Shown here piece after piece: positions 45,686 through 55,609 of a stretch of DNA of 64,000 nt. Source of the DNA: Bdellovibrionota bacterium FG-1 (GTDB taxonomy: Bacteria > Bdellovibrionota > UBA1018); NCBI GenBank assembly GCA_051382295.1, contig JBBCAW010000002.1, positions 23,641-87,640 of the forward strand. The letters are read 5' to 3'. Made by a program: the position numbers and the translations under genes. Position 1 is the stretch's first letter. Each line of letters begins with the position of its first letter. Under the pieces are notes generated by a model, which was not told the origin of the DNA, did no database searches, and saw only the letters and a program-made list of their open reading frames with translations.

Positions 45686-46928
45686 ATGATCCAGACCCAA
45701 AAATCCTCATTCGAGCCGCAGTCGGCCCAGATTGATCAAGCGATTCGCGAAGGTCGGATTCGGTGGGCTCGTCTGGGCTTGAAAAAACTCATAGCGACTT
45801 CGTTGGAAGATCGTCTTCGCTTTGCGCAGTTGTGCCGCCGCGCGGGTGCACACGCGTCGGGATGAGGAGGCCCAAGCCTTGTTGTCAAGGTTGGCTCAAT
45901 CGACTCTGTCAGACGGGCAACGATTGCTTCATGGTAATGTGCTGGAGACCTGGATTCAATTGCGAGTGTTTCAGCTTCGCTTGGGTGAAGCGCTCGAGCT
46001 TTTGCAGGAAGTGAAAGATCGAGGTTATTTTGCCGAAGGTTTGGATGGAATCTTATATCGCAAATGGGAAGCCATTACTCTGTGCGAGGCCGCTCCAGGT
46101 GAGCCGTCGCCAATGGCACGCTTGGCCTTGCTCGGCCAAGAGGCATCGGAAATGGGAGCGTGGGAAGTGGCGCGTGACTGTGATTTGCATCTGGCGCGGC
46201 TTCGCGGGGATTCGTTGGCTCTGGAAAAACTCTACTTCGGGACCCCTTATGCCGCTTATCGCAAGGACGTTATTCGACTTGGCTATGTGCCTCGGGCCAA
46301 TGAGTACGAATGGCGTTTTTTATTACCGGTAATCTCGGTACCGGGAAAACGTGCACGTTTCGGGATCGACACGACTCTCGGGGCATTGATTCGAGGTGGG
46401 AAAAGTAGAAAATGTGTCGAATTGGAGCCGGGATCGTTGGGGCTCAAGTTACTGCAGACGCTGGCTTCGGATTTTTATCGTCCTTGGCGCGTGGCCGAGT
46501 TGCATGCCGCTCTTTACCCGGGAACTCATTTTGATTGGGATTCTTCGAGACTGCGGGTCCATCAACTTTTGCATCGGGTGCGTGCGGTTTTAGTGAGAGA
46601 GCGAAGCCCCATCCGTATTCAAGAACATCGTGAAACCTACCGACTGACTTCGGAGGTGCCTGGCACTTTTGTGCGGGTGGGGTCCTCTGATGAGGCCGGG
46701 CTCGCAGGTCGCGTGAGTGGCCTCGAGCGATCTTTACTTCACGCGTTTGGACCTGCTGCGGAATTTTCGGCCCCGGAGGCCGCAAAAAAACTGGGCATCG
46801 CCGGGTCTACTTTGCGGCGACTGTTGCTTGAGTGCGTGCGAAGCGGGAGGTTGGCTCGCAGGGGGTCGGCACGCGGGGTGAGGTACCGAAAAAATATGAT
46901 CTTGCATAGCGTCAAAGTTTTGATATGA
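45686..46928 (+). pseudogene. Helical-repeat + winged-helix regulator-like gene split by frameshift or deletion near 45845
   Basis: Short frame MIQTQK...RLRFAQLCRRAG (45686-45865) then second frame with LYFGTPY, LASDFYRP, LYPG.HFD..SS..RVHQ and C-terminal HTH. Confidence 0.6.
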
Positions 46929-47041
46929 ATCACTCTCTCCTTCCTGTCCTTGATCTGTCTTTTGCATTCGTCGACCACTTGGGCTAAGAATACAGAACGC
47001 AAAACTCTTGGCGGCCGCAACCTTGTGGAGGAGATGATCCT

Positions 47042-48340
47042 ATGAAACCAATCGCGAATCGGATGAAACTTCTGGGCAGTGAAAACGCTTTCAAGGTCGG
47101 TGATGACATTAAGCGCTGTGAGGCGCTGGGCACAAAGGTGATTCGTTTCAACCTCGGTGAACCTGACTTCGACAGCGCCGAGCACATCAACCGCGTCGCC
47201 ATCGAGCACATTCAGAAGGGAAACTCACACTACTGTCCACCCGCGGGTCTTGAGGGCTTGCGTAAAGCCATCGCGCGCCAGGTTGCAGAGACTCGAGGCA
47301 TTCCCATCGACCCTGAGCGCATCATCGTCACCACGGGAGCGAAGCCCCCGATCGGTTACGCGCTCATGACCTACGTCAACCCTGGCGACGAGGTGATTTA
47401 TCCCAGCCCGGGTTTTCCGATTTACGAATCGTGGATCACGTTCATGGGTGCCAAGGCGGTGCCGCTGCATCTCGACGAGAAGAAGGGTTTCAGTTTTTCG
47501 GCTGCCGATCTCAAGAAGCTGATCACGAAGAAAACCAAACTCATCTTTCTCAACTCGCCTTCCAACCCGACGGGCGGCGTCCTGACCAAAGAAGAGATCG
47601 ATGAGATCGCCGAGGTGATTCTCAAACACTGCCACAAGAACGTGCGCGTCTATTCAGACGAGGTCTACGAGCACATCCTTTTCGACGGGATGAAACATGC
47701 CAGCATCGCGTCGGCCAAAGGGATGGCCGAGCGTACAATCATTGTGAGTGGACATTCGAAAAGTTTTGCCATGACTGGCTGGCGCCTGGGCTATGCGATC
47801 CTGCCCACCGACGAAGAGGCGGCGATCTTCAAGAACCTCAACATCAATAATTACTCTTGTACGCCGCCGTTTATTCAGGAGGCTGGACGTGAGGCGATCG
47901 AAAACATCAAAAGCCACGCGGTGATTCAACAGATGGTGGGAGAATTTCAAAAGCGCCGCAACGTCGTGGTGGACGCGCTCAACGCGATTCCTGGTGTGAC
48001 CTGTGCGATGCCCAAGGGCGCATTTTACGCATTTCCCAACATCGCGGGCGTGTGTGAATCGCTGGGAGTGCATGCGCTTTACAAAAAACTGCCGCGGGCG
48101 CTCCAGGCGAAGACCTCACCCTCGACACTTTTCCAAAAATTTCTGCTCTATCGCTATGGCGTGGCTACGATGGACCGCCGCTCGTTTGGCCAGATCGGTT
48201 CGAAAAACAAGCATTACCTGCGTATCTCGACGGCCACCGATCTCGCGCTGTTGCGGGAAGGGATCCAGCGCATCGGACAAGCTTCAAAAGACCGAAAAGG
48301 ATTTGCCAGCTTCATCAAGGAAGGAAAGCATTACGTATGA
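47042..48340 (+). CDS. PLP-dependent class I/II aminotransferase
   Basis: GEPDF, NSPSNPTG, SDEVY, SKSFAMTGWRLG; RBS GGAGGAG. Confidence 0.95.
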   Translation: MKPIANRMKLLGSENAFKVGDDIKRCEALGTKVIRFNLGEPDFDSAEHINRVAIEHIQKGNSHYCPPAGLEGLRKAIARQVAETRGIPIDPERIIVTTGAKPPIGYALMTYVNPGDEVIYPSPGFPIYESWITFMGAKAVPLHLDEKKGFSFSAADLKKLITKKTKLIFLNSPSNPTGGVLTKEEIDEIAEVILKHCHKNVRVYSDEVYEHILFDGMKHASIASAKGMAERTIIVSGHSKSFAMTGWRLGYAILPTDEEAAIFKNLNINNYSCTPPFIQEAGREAIENIKSHAVIQQMVGEFQKRRNVVVDALNAIPGVTCAMPKGAFYAFPNIAGVCESLGVHALYKKLPRALQAKTSPSTLFQKFLLYRYGVATMDRRSFGQIGSKNKHYLRISTATDLALLREGIQRIGQASKDRKGFASFIKEGKHYV

Positions 48341-50673
48341 CGACGATGCAGTGGAACCCCAGGCGCGCGCGCTATACCGACGTAACTGAGTTAATGGGGC
48401 AGGAAGCACTCACGCCCGATGCAAAAATTCTTGAGGCGCTCGAAAAATTGGATGTGATGTATCGCACGTTGTGCGCGATCCTTTTTAATTTCGTACCGAA
48501 TTCGGGGCACCCCGGGGGGAGTATCTCGTCAGGCCGCATCGTGCAGTCCTTGCTCTTCCACTCAATGGATTATGACTTCTCGGCTCCCAATCGTGCTGAC
48601 ATGGACCTACTCTGCTATGCCGCGGGCCACAAGGCGATGGGTATGTACGCAGCCTGGGCGTTGCGTAACGAACTGATGCGCGTCGGCCGTCCGGCGATGC
48701 TTCCTTCGTCGGAAAAATTGCAACTCAGACTTGAAGACCTGCTTGGCTTTCGTCGTAACCCGACGGCAAATACCCCCCTGTTCAAGGAGCATCGGGCCAA
48801 AGCACTCGACGGACATCCCACACCCGCGACGCCCTTTGTACGGATTGCCACCGGTGCCTCGGGCGTCGGCATGGCCGGCTCGGTCGGGTTGGCTCTCGCC
48901 GCCAGCGACACCTATGGCTTGCATAACGGGCCACTGTTTCACGTCCTCGAAGGCGAAGGCGGCATGACGCCGGGACGCGTGGCGGAATCGCTGGCCACTG
49001 CGGCCACTGCACAGCTCAATAACATGGTCATGCATGTCGACTGGAACCAGGCCTCGATCGACTCGAATCATGTCTGTCGGGAGGGCAATAAGCCGGGAGA
49101 TTATGTCCAGTGGTCGCCTGCCGAACTTTGTTATCTCAACGACTGGAACGTGATCGCGGTTCCGGACGGTCACGATTTCAAGCAGGTCTTGACCGCTCAG
49201 ACATTCGCGTTGCGCAACCGCAACTCGCAACCCACGGCGATCGTGTATCGCACCGTGAAAGGCTGGCAGTACGGCATCGAGGGGCGCAAGTCCCACGGCG
49301 CGGGCCACGCGTTTTGTTCTGATGGATTTTATACGGCCATCCTGGAGTTTGAGAAAACTTTTGGAACGCAGTTTCCGCGCTTCAGCGGTCAACAGACTCC
49401 CGAAGCCGTCGAACGCTGCTTTTTTGACTGCCTGCTTGCCGTGCGGGCTACTGTCGAACAAAATCGCGCACTCACCGAAACGCTTGCAACAGCGATCGCG
49501 CGTTCACGTGATCGCCTGGAGGTCCAAAAGCGTGTTGCGCGCAAAGACCTGCCGCAAGTTTCCGTGATCTATACGGATCCCTCGATCTGTGCGGCCGAAC
49601 CCCCAGTCGAGGTTACGTTCAAGCCCGGCCAAAGTATTGCGCTGCGCGGAGCACTGGGCGAGGTTCTCAACGTCCTCAATAAAAAAACAGGGGGCGCGAT
49701 CATGGGATCGGCGGCGGACCTGCTCGATTCAACGAGCTTGAGCGGCCTGGCCAAGGGCTTCCCGTCCGGCTTTTTCAATGCCGCCACCAACAGTGGCGCG
49801 CGCCTGATTGCAACCGGTGGAATCTGCGAGGATGCGATGGGCGGAGTGCTCAGCGGTCTTGCGTCGTTTGGAAATCACATTGGGGTGGGCTCGTCTTACG
49901 GCGCGTTCATCGCCGCCCTCCAACACGTTCCTGCGCGCCTGCACGCGATCGGCCAGCAGGCAAAGGCCGAACTCACGAACCCTGCCCAAAATCCTTTCCT
50001 GATCGTCTGCGCGCACGCTGGCCCGAAAACCGGCGAGGATGGCCCGACGCACGCCGACCCTCAGGCCTTGCAGCTTCTGCAAGAGAACTTCCCACGCGGT
50101 ACCATGATCACGCTCACGCCCTGGGACGCGCAGGAAATGTGGCCCCTTGTGGTGACTGCATTAAAAAAACGCCCCGCGGTCATCGCGCCTTTTGTTACGC
50201 GACCGGCCGAACCGGTTGTCGATCGCGCGAAATTAAAAATTGCGCCCGCCACCGACGCCGTGACCGGCGTATATGCCCTGTGCAGGGCTGCGGGCAAAGC
50301 CGCGGGCACACTCGTTTTGCAGGGCAATGGCGTGGCTACTTCGTTTGTGACCGAGGTATTACCCAGGCTCGCCGCGCATAAAATCGACCTGAATGTGTTC
50401 TATGTTGCCAGCGCCGAACTTTTCGACTTGTTGCCAGCGAGTGAACAGGAGCGGATATTCCCCGAAGCGCTGGCGCAAGAGGCGATTGGCATCACGGAAT
50501 TTACGCTTCCGACCATGTATCGCTGGATCACCTCGGCCGAAGGACGCCGAAAGACGCTGCACCCTTTTTCGCACGGACATTTTCTTGGCAGCGGTTCGGG
50601 CGCAAAGGTTCTCGAAGAAGCTGGCCTTGATGGACCGTCACAGCTCAAAGCGGTGTTGGCCTGGTTTGGATGA
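48337..50673 (+). CDS. Divergent transketolase-like ThDP enzyme
   Basis: SGHPGG, GH, DGHP, GEGG...DWN, GICEDAM, GEDGPTH. Confidence 0.85.
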   Translation: MTTMQWNPRRARYTDVTELMGQEALTPDAKILEALEKLDVMYRTLCAILFNFVPNSGHPGGSISSGRIVQSLLFHSMDYDFSAPNRADMDLLCYAAGHKAMGMYAAWALRNELMRVGRPAMLPSSEKLQLRLEDLLGFRRNPTANTPLFKEHRAKALDGHPTPATPFVRIATGASGVGMAGSVGLALAASDTYGLHNGPLFHVLEGEGGMTPGRVAESLATAATAQLNNMVMHVDWNQASIDSNHVCREGNKPGDYVQWSPAELCYLNDWNVIAVPDGHDFKQVLTAQTFALRNRNSQPTAIVYRTVKGWQYGIEGRKSHGAGHAFCSDGFYTAILEFEKTFGTQFPRFSGQQTPEAVERCFFDCLLAVRATVEQNRALTETLATAIARSRDRLEVQKRVARKDLPQVSVIYTDPSICAAEPPVEVTFKPGQSIALRGALGEVLNVLNKKTGGAIMGSAADLLDSTSLSGLAKGFPSGFFNAATNSGARLIATGGICEDAMGGVLSGLASFGNHIGVGSSYGAFIAALQHVPARLHAIGQQAKAELTNPAQNPFLIVCAHAGPKTGEDGPTHADPQALQLLQENFPRGTMITLTPWDAQEMWPLVVTALKKRPAVIAPFVTRPAEPVVDRAKLKIAPATDAVTGVYALCRAAGKAAGTLVLQGNGVATSFVTEVLPRLAAHKIDLNVFYVASAELFDLLPASEQERIFPEALAQEAIGITEFTLPTMYRWITSAEGRRKTLHPFSHGHFLGSGSGAKVLEEAGLDGPSQLKAVLAWFG

Positions 50674-50689
50674 CCTATCAAACCTGATT

Positions 50690-52087
50690 TTACGCCGTTT
50701 TCCGGACTGAGCTGCATTGATAGCTTCCGATCAGAGAGACCACTGAAATAATATGACCCTGCATTGCGGCGGTCAGGTCAGCTTGAGTGGCGCCGGCAGG
50801 TAAGGAGAGCGGTTTACTCAAAGCATAAAGTCTGAAAATATAGCGATGTCGAGCGGTCGTTGAAGGGAGGATGGGCCCCTGGTAACCGATATTTCCCCAG
50901 CTATTCCTTCCCTGTTGAGCGTGGACGGGAAGTTGTAACTCAGGGCGGCCCGGCGGAAGTCCTTCAGGGAGCAGGGTCACTGATGGCGAAATCCCATAGA
51001 TCAGCCAATGCACCCAGGGAGTTGGATGAGCGGTGTCTGGATCTTCGCAGATGAGCGCGAGTTCTTGGGCATTTCGGGGGATGTTTGACCAAGAAAGGGG
51101 AGGACTTCGATCTGCGCCTTCACCCGTTAATTGAATGGGAATTCCTCCATGATCGGCAAAGGCTTGGCTGGATAATGTCATGACTCCCGCGACCGGTGGA
51201 AAGACCGCCTGGAGATCCAGCGGAAGCTGACGCTTGAGGTGATGGACCTGGCCTGGCTCCATCCAGGTTTCCAAGCACCCTAGGAAATGCGTAAAGACAT
51301 CGCGAGCAAAAACCTCGCTCAGGCGATAGCGTGAGACGAGCTCTGCAATGATGTAGTTGTAGTTGATGCCGCGATTCGGCCCGGAGGGAAGTCGAAGCAA
51401 AGGGTCTTGGATGAGCTTCGGAAGTTGCGCGACAAAATGAGTGGCCGCCGTGGCCGTTACCCGCATGATCAGCGTTCCTAAGAGGAACTGCGTCACCTGT
51501 GGCGTCATCTCGGCACTGAGGCCCGTTTGTTGTGAAAAAAAGGAATAAAATCGATCCAAAGTATGATGCATACGAGCATCGGAGCGGCGGTCGGCCTGCG
51601 CTGACCTGGGATGTCTGGATAAAACGGCGAGTCGTTTTCCGATTTGTCTTCGCACGATCAGCGCGAGATGGCTGGGCGCGATGTTGCCAGCGGCAATCAG
51701 ATCGTCGAGGGTGACAATGCCGATCACTTGTTCTCGCCCTTGTCGACCCGTTTCGATAATGGGGACGCGTCTCACACCATAATTCTCCATAATCGAAATA
51801 ATATCGTTTAGGCTCGAGTTTTCATTGGCCTTGAGAATTTCAGGCGTCATGATTTTGGATATGGGCATATCAAGACCCGTGTCATCCTCTTTTTTATTGG
51901 GGTCATTAGTCGCCCAGCGGCATGCAAAGTCCCGGTCGGTGACAATGCCGGTGAGTTGACCTCCTCCGTCCATGAGTAAGGCGCATCCAATGGTGTTTTC
52001 GCGCATGGCTTTCGCCACGGTGTGCACGGGTGTATCTTGGTTTAAAACGATCGTTCTTCGGTGAATAAATGCATCGATTGAGGTCAT
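50690..52087 (-). CDS. Fusion: CBS pair + DUF2267-like + YbhB/YbcL (PEBP) domain
   Basis: GIVTDRD, VRRVP, GIVTLDD; two QLP helical repeats; SPPLSW, EDPD, WVHW, GRNSWG, HRYIFRLYAL; RBS GAGGA. Confidence 0.82.
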   Translation of the reverse strand: MTSIDAFIHRRTIVLNQDTPVHTVAKAMRENTIGCALLMDGGGQLTGIVTDRDFACRWATNDPNKKEDDTGLDMPISKIMTPEILKANENSSLNDIISIMENYGVRRVPIIETGRQGREQVIGIVTLDDLIAAGNIAPSHLALIVRRQIGKRLAVLSRHPRSAQADRRSDARMHHTLDRFYSFFSQQTGLSAEMTPQVTQFLLGTLIMRVTATAATHFVAQLPKLIQDPLLRLPSGPNRGINYNYIIAELVSRYRLSEVFARDVFTHFLGCLETWMEPGQVHHLKRQLPLDLQAVFPPVAGVMTLSSQAFADHGGIPIQLTGEGADRSPPLSWSNIPRNAQELALICEDPDTAHPTPWVHWLIYGISPSVTLLPEGLPPGRPELQLPVHAQQGRNSWGNIGYQGPILPSTTARHRYIFRLYALSKPLSLPAGATQADLTAAMQGHIISVVSLIGSYQCSSVRKTA

Positions 52088-52119
52088 ATCCTCTCGTTGG
52101 GATGCTAATGTTGGGCCAA

Positions 52120-52743
52120 TCAAGAAAGGGTTTGAATGACTTCTTCGTCCGTGACTTGAGGAAAGTCCTCGTAAAACCGGCTCACGGAGAAAAAATCGGG
52201 AGGAATATCGAGAACATCGAGTTCGTCGGCTTCGCGTCCAACCCACTCGGCCGCATCGGCGGAGGAGACGGGAGCGGCCACGACGATTTTTTTAGGTTTT
52301 TGCGCGCGAATAGCCCGCACGGCAGCGAGAAGCGTTGCGCCAGTCGCAATGCCGTCATCGATGATGATGACGACTCGATCGGTGCAAATGATGGGACGAG
52401 GTCGCATAGGAGAATAGACTTTGCGTCGCTGTTTGAGTTTTTTGATTTCTTCATCGGCCATGGTTTTTAGATCCGCCGGTGAAATTTTTGAGGCTTCGAC
52501 ATAGGGCGAGGCATAGATTGTTCCTATCTCGCTGACTGAGCCGATCGCAAATTCGGAGTTACCGGGGGCACCGATTTTGTGCACCAGTACGATGTCGAGA
52601 TCACCTTCCAGTCGATCGGCAACGATCTTGGCCATGGGAACCGAGCCCCTGGGGACACCGAGCACCAGCGGGCGATCTTTTCGGTAACGAGCGAGTTTCT
52701 GGGCGAGCAGTTCGGCGGCCTGGTTTCGATTGGAGAAGCGCAT
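52120..52743 (-). CDS. Phosphoribosyltransferase family protein
   Basis: F.NR..A...LA, GVPRG, IIDDGIATGAT, FY.DFPQVTDEEV. Confidence 0.9.
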   Translation of the reverse strand: MRFSNRNQAAELLAQKLARYRKDRPLVLGVPRGSVPMAKIVADRLEGDLDIVLVHKIGAPGNSEFAIGSVSEIGTIYASPYVEASKISPADLKTMADEEIKKLKQRRKVYSPMRPRPIICTDRVVIIIDDGIATGATLLAAVRAIRAQKPKKIVVAAPVSSADAAEWVGREADELDVLDIPPDFFSVSRFYEDFPQVTDEEVIQTLS

Positions 52744-52891
52744 GAGCTCAAGAGAGATCCAAGCGGCGTGCCAGGGGGCCTTCAGTGTCCAATCTTTAGA
52801 CACTAGGCCAGCCATTCAACCGACCCACTCAATACACACCCTTGAATACAAAACACTATTTCATTGGCATTTTCCTTGTAGGTTCTCGCTT

Positions 52892-53395
52892 ATGAAACCG
52901 CGCTACTACCCGATTCTTTTTTGTTTATTTATGGCCGCGTCGGCCTCGATGTCTTCAACCGCATCCACGGAGGACACCGCGGCCGATCTAAGTGCTCCGC
53001 GCCGCCAAAAACTCATAGACGCTATGGCGAGTGTGCAACCTCGGGTGGAAGCGCTGGGGGTATTTCAGGGAGGGGGAAGATCGCAGGCCTGTAAGACCGT
53101 CATTTTGCCCCTCAAAGACGCGGTTTATACCGTCTATGCCTTGGCCCTCTTTTATCCCCCCTTGCACACGAGTGTGGAGGTGCCCGGCTTGCACGATTTT
53201 ATGGAGGTCGAAACCCAGATGGCCACGCAGGCCACGGTTTTGGGTGATTATTGTACGAACTCTCGCTCCGAGGCTTTAAAAGGTGTGCCGAGCATTCAGG
53301 ACGTTCAGAACGCTGCGGGGGCGATACTCCAGTTCAACCAACGGCTGTCGGCGATTGTCACCGAGGATATGGCCCCCCAAAAGTCAAAAGAGTGA
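52892..53395 (+). CDS. Exported hypothetical protein
   Basis: Signal-like N-terminus; sigma54-like TGGCATTTTCCTTGTA at 52865-52880. Confidence 0.65.
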   Translation: MKPRYYPILFCLFMAASASMSSTASTEDTAADLSAPRRQKLIDAMASVQPRVEALGVFQGGGRSQACKTVILPLKDAVYTVYALALFYPPLHTSVEVPGLHDFMEVETQMATQATVLGDYCTNSRSEALKGVPSIQDVQNAAGAILQFNQRLSAIVTEDMAPQKSKE

Positions 53396-53407
53396 TATGA
53401 CCCAGCC

Positions 53408-53797
53408 ATGATCTTCGAACTTCTCCGTTTTCTGTTGGCGCCTGTGCGCTTTGTGATGGGTGGGTTGATTCAACTTTATGATCGACTTTTTTCCGCCCAG
53501 CTAGAAGTCAACCGTTCGCCCGAGCAGCAGGCGCAAGTCGATGCCGAAATGAGGCAGTGGAAACTCTATCATTTTCAGGCCTGCCCCTTTTGCGTCAAGG
53601 TGCGGCGCCAGATTCGACGTTTGGGGTTTAAGATCGAGCTTCGGGATGTGAAGCGAAATCCTGATTTTGAGCGAGAACTTATGCAGGGTGGCGGTGAAAT
53701 TCAGGTGCCTTGCCTGCGCATTCCCCAGTCGTCCGGCTCGGATCGTTGGTTGTATGAATCCAGCGAAATTAACGCATTTTTAAAGACGAAAGCCTAA
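53408..53797 (+). CDS. Glutaredoxin-like protein
   Basis: CPFC, QVPCLRI, WLYES. Confidence 0.88.
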   Translation: MIFELLRFLLAPVRFVMGGLIQLYDRLFSAQLEVNRSPEQQAQVDAEMRQWKLYHFQACPFCVKVRRQIRRLGFKIELRDVKRNPDFERELMQGGGEIQVPCLRIPQSSGSDRWLYESSEINAFLKTKA

Positions 53798-54523
53798 AAG
53801 CGCTCCTGGAAAAAATCCGCCAGCATTGGCCGAACTCGAAGCCAGTGAGGGATCCGAAATCGACATCGACCCTGCGGCCCAGATGAGCTCGGTACGAAAA
53901 ATTACCGATTCGACGTCGTATTGATACCCGAGGCCTGCTCCATAGCGCATTCCGCTTCCTGCGGCGTTCGTTACGCCCGAAAGGCCCGCGAGGCTTAAAA
54001 AGGGGCTGAGTGAGACCATGTGGCGAGTGGCAAAGCGAAAGCCTCCGATGAAGGCTGCTTGGCCGGTGTAAAAGGTAACCGTATTGCCCGAGGCTTGACC
54101 GATGAGCAGGCCGCCGTTGGCCGCGCCACACAGGGATAAATTATAGGCTGAAGCTTGAGATTCGGGCGCACCGTAAAACTGGTATTTGCCTCGCACTAAT
54201 ACTGGCGCCATAGGCTGAATTCGAATCCCCACATCGATGTTGGGGCGTACCGCGAGCATCGTGCCGAAGGCGTATCCTCTTTGGCTTTCGAGAACTGGAT
54301 CGGGTGTTTTTCCAGTCTCAGCGTTCGTGGGTTGCGCCTTGGCGGGCGTGATCAGGTCAGTTCCGGATTGAATAGCCGCGATTTCAAGGCGTGCAATGCG
54401 ATCAGGACCCAGGGTTTCAGGGCTTTCTAACGAATTGGCCGGAAAATAATAATGAGCGCAGCCCGAGAGGGAAAAAAGAAAAAGGAAGGAACCGGCGAAT
54501 TTAGGGTGAAAAAGGTGGGTCAT
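53780..54523 (-). CDS. Hypothetical lipoprotein or beta-barrel-like protein
   Basis: LSG-C lipobox, Gly/aromatic alternating strands, terminal GFRL. Confidence 0.65.
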   Translation of the reverse strand: MTHLFHPKFAGSFLFLFSLSGCAHYYFPANSLESPETLGPDRIARLEIAAIQSGTDLITPAKAQPTNAETGKTPDPVLESQRGYAFGTMLAVRPNIDVGIRIQPMAPVLVRGKYQFYGAPESQASAYNLSLCGAANGGLLIGQASGNTVTFYTGQAAFIGGFRFATRHMVSLSPFLSLAGLSGVTNAAGSGMRYGAGLGYQYDVESVIFRTELIWAAGSMSISDPSLASSSANAGGFFPGALLGFRL

Positions 54524-54605
54524 TTTTAGAAGGAGTTTAACAGCAATCGTGGCGCAAATAAATATTTTGCTTGAGTGGTTTTGGCCCAAGGGCGATGTTG
54601 TGAGA

Positions 54606-55609
54606 ATGCACCGAGTTTGGATGAGGATCGTGGCTTTGGGTCTAGTGGCGGGATCCATGAGCGGATGCCACTCAAAAAAGGCGATTTGGATCTATACCAG
54701 CCTTTATAAAGAAGTGATTACCGATATGCGTCCGGCGATTGAAAGGGCCTTTCCTGGGGTTGAGATTCGCTGGTTTCAGGGGGGGAGCGAAAACGTCGCC
54801 GCGCGGGTCAATACTGAGCTTTTTGCGGGACGGACCCAGGCCGACTTGATTTTGACGAGCGATCCTTTTTGGTACCTGGAGCTTAAAAAGGCAAGCAGGC
54901 TTTTGCCCTATGATAGTGTCGCGGCACGGGAGGTTCCCAAAGAGTGGGTGGATCCTGATCACGCGTTTGTCACCTGCCGGATTCCGGTGGTGGTGATGGG
55001 GCAGTATCTTGGGGGGCAAATGAGTCTGTTAAACAATGGAAGGACCTTACTCAGCCCGCCTTGAAGGGGAAAATCTCCATGGGGAGCCCCTTGGAGTCGG
55101 GAACCATGTTTATGGCCGTGGCCATGCTTTCGAGGGCCTTCGGTTGGCAGTTCTTTGATGACCTCAGGCAAAATGATTTGATCGCCGCCGGTGGAAACAG
55201 TTCAGTCATGAATCGTATGGAGACGCGCGAACGGCCGATTGGCATTGTGCTGCTTGAAAACATCCTAAAAGCCCAAAAAAAGGGCTCCTCCATTGGGGCT
55301 ATTTATCCTCCGGAGGGAAGTGTGGCAGTTCCGAGCCCTATTGCCATTTTGGCGGATACGCGGCAGCCTGAATTAGCGCGCAAAGTTTACGATTGGTTTT
55401 TTTCTGACGAGGCCCAAAAAGCGATTGTCAAGGCAGGTTTGTATTCGCCTTTTGCGCGAATTGTGCCGCCCATGGGCGCGCCGGCCTGGGATAAAATTTC
55501 CCCCCATGCGGGAAGTTTATTGCGGTGGAGTCCCGAGGTTTTATCTGAGCTTTACGAAAAGAAGGATGAGATGAAACGGCAGTTTTCGCAACGGATGATG
55601 TCCCGATGA
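54606..55609 (+). pseudogene. Fe3+/thiamine-type ABC substrate-binding lipoprotein split by a frameshift near 55011
   Basis: Frame 1 IYTS...GGSE...ADL; frame 2 WKDLTQPALKGKISMGSP...YPPEG..VPSP; G6 tract at junction. Confidence 0.8.

Noticed and set aside
48607..49461. 284-aa minus-strand ORF inside the transketolase-like gene
   Set aside because: Typical antisense shadow of GC-rich coding sequence; no motifs
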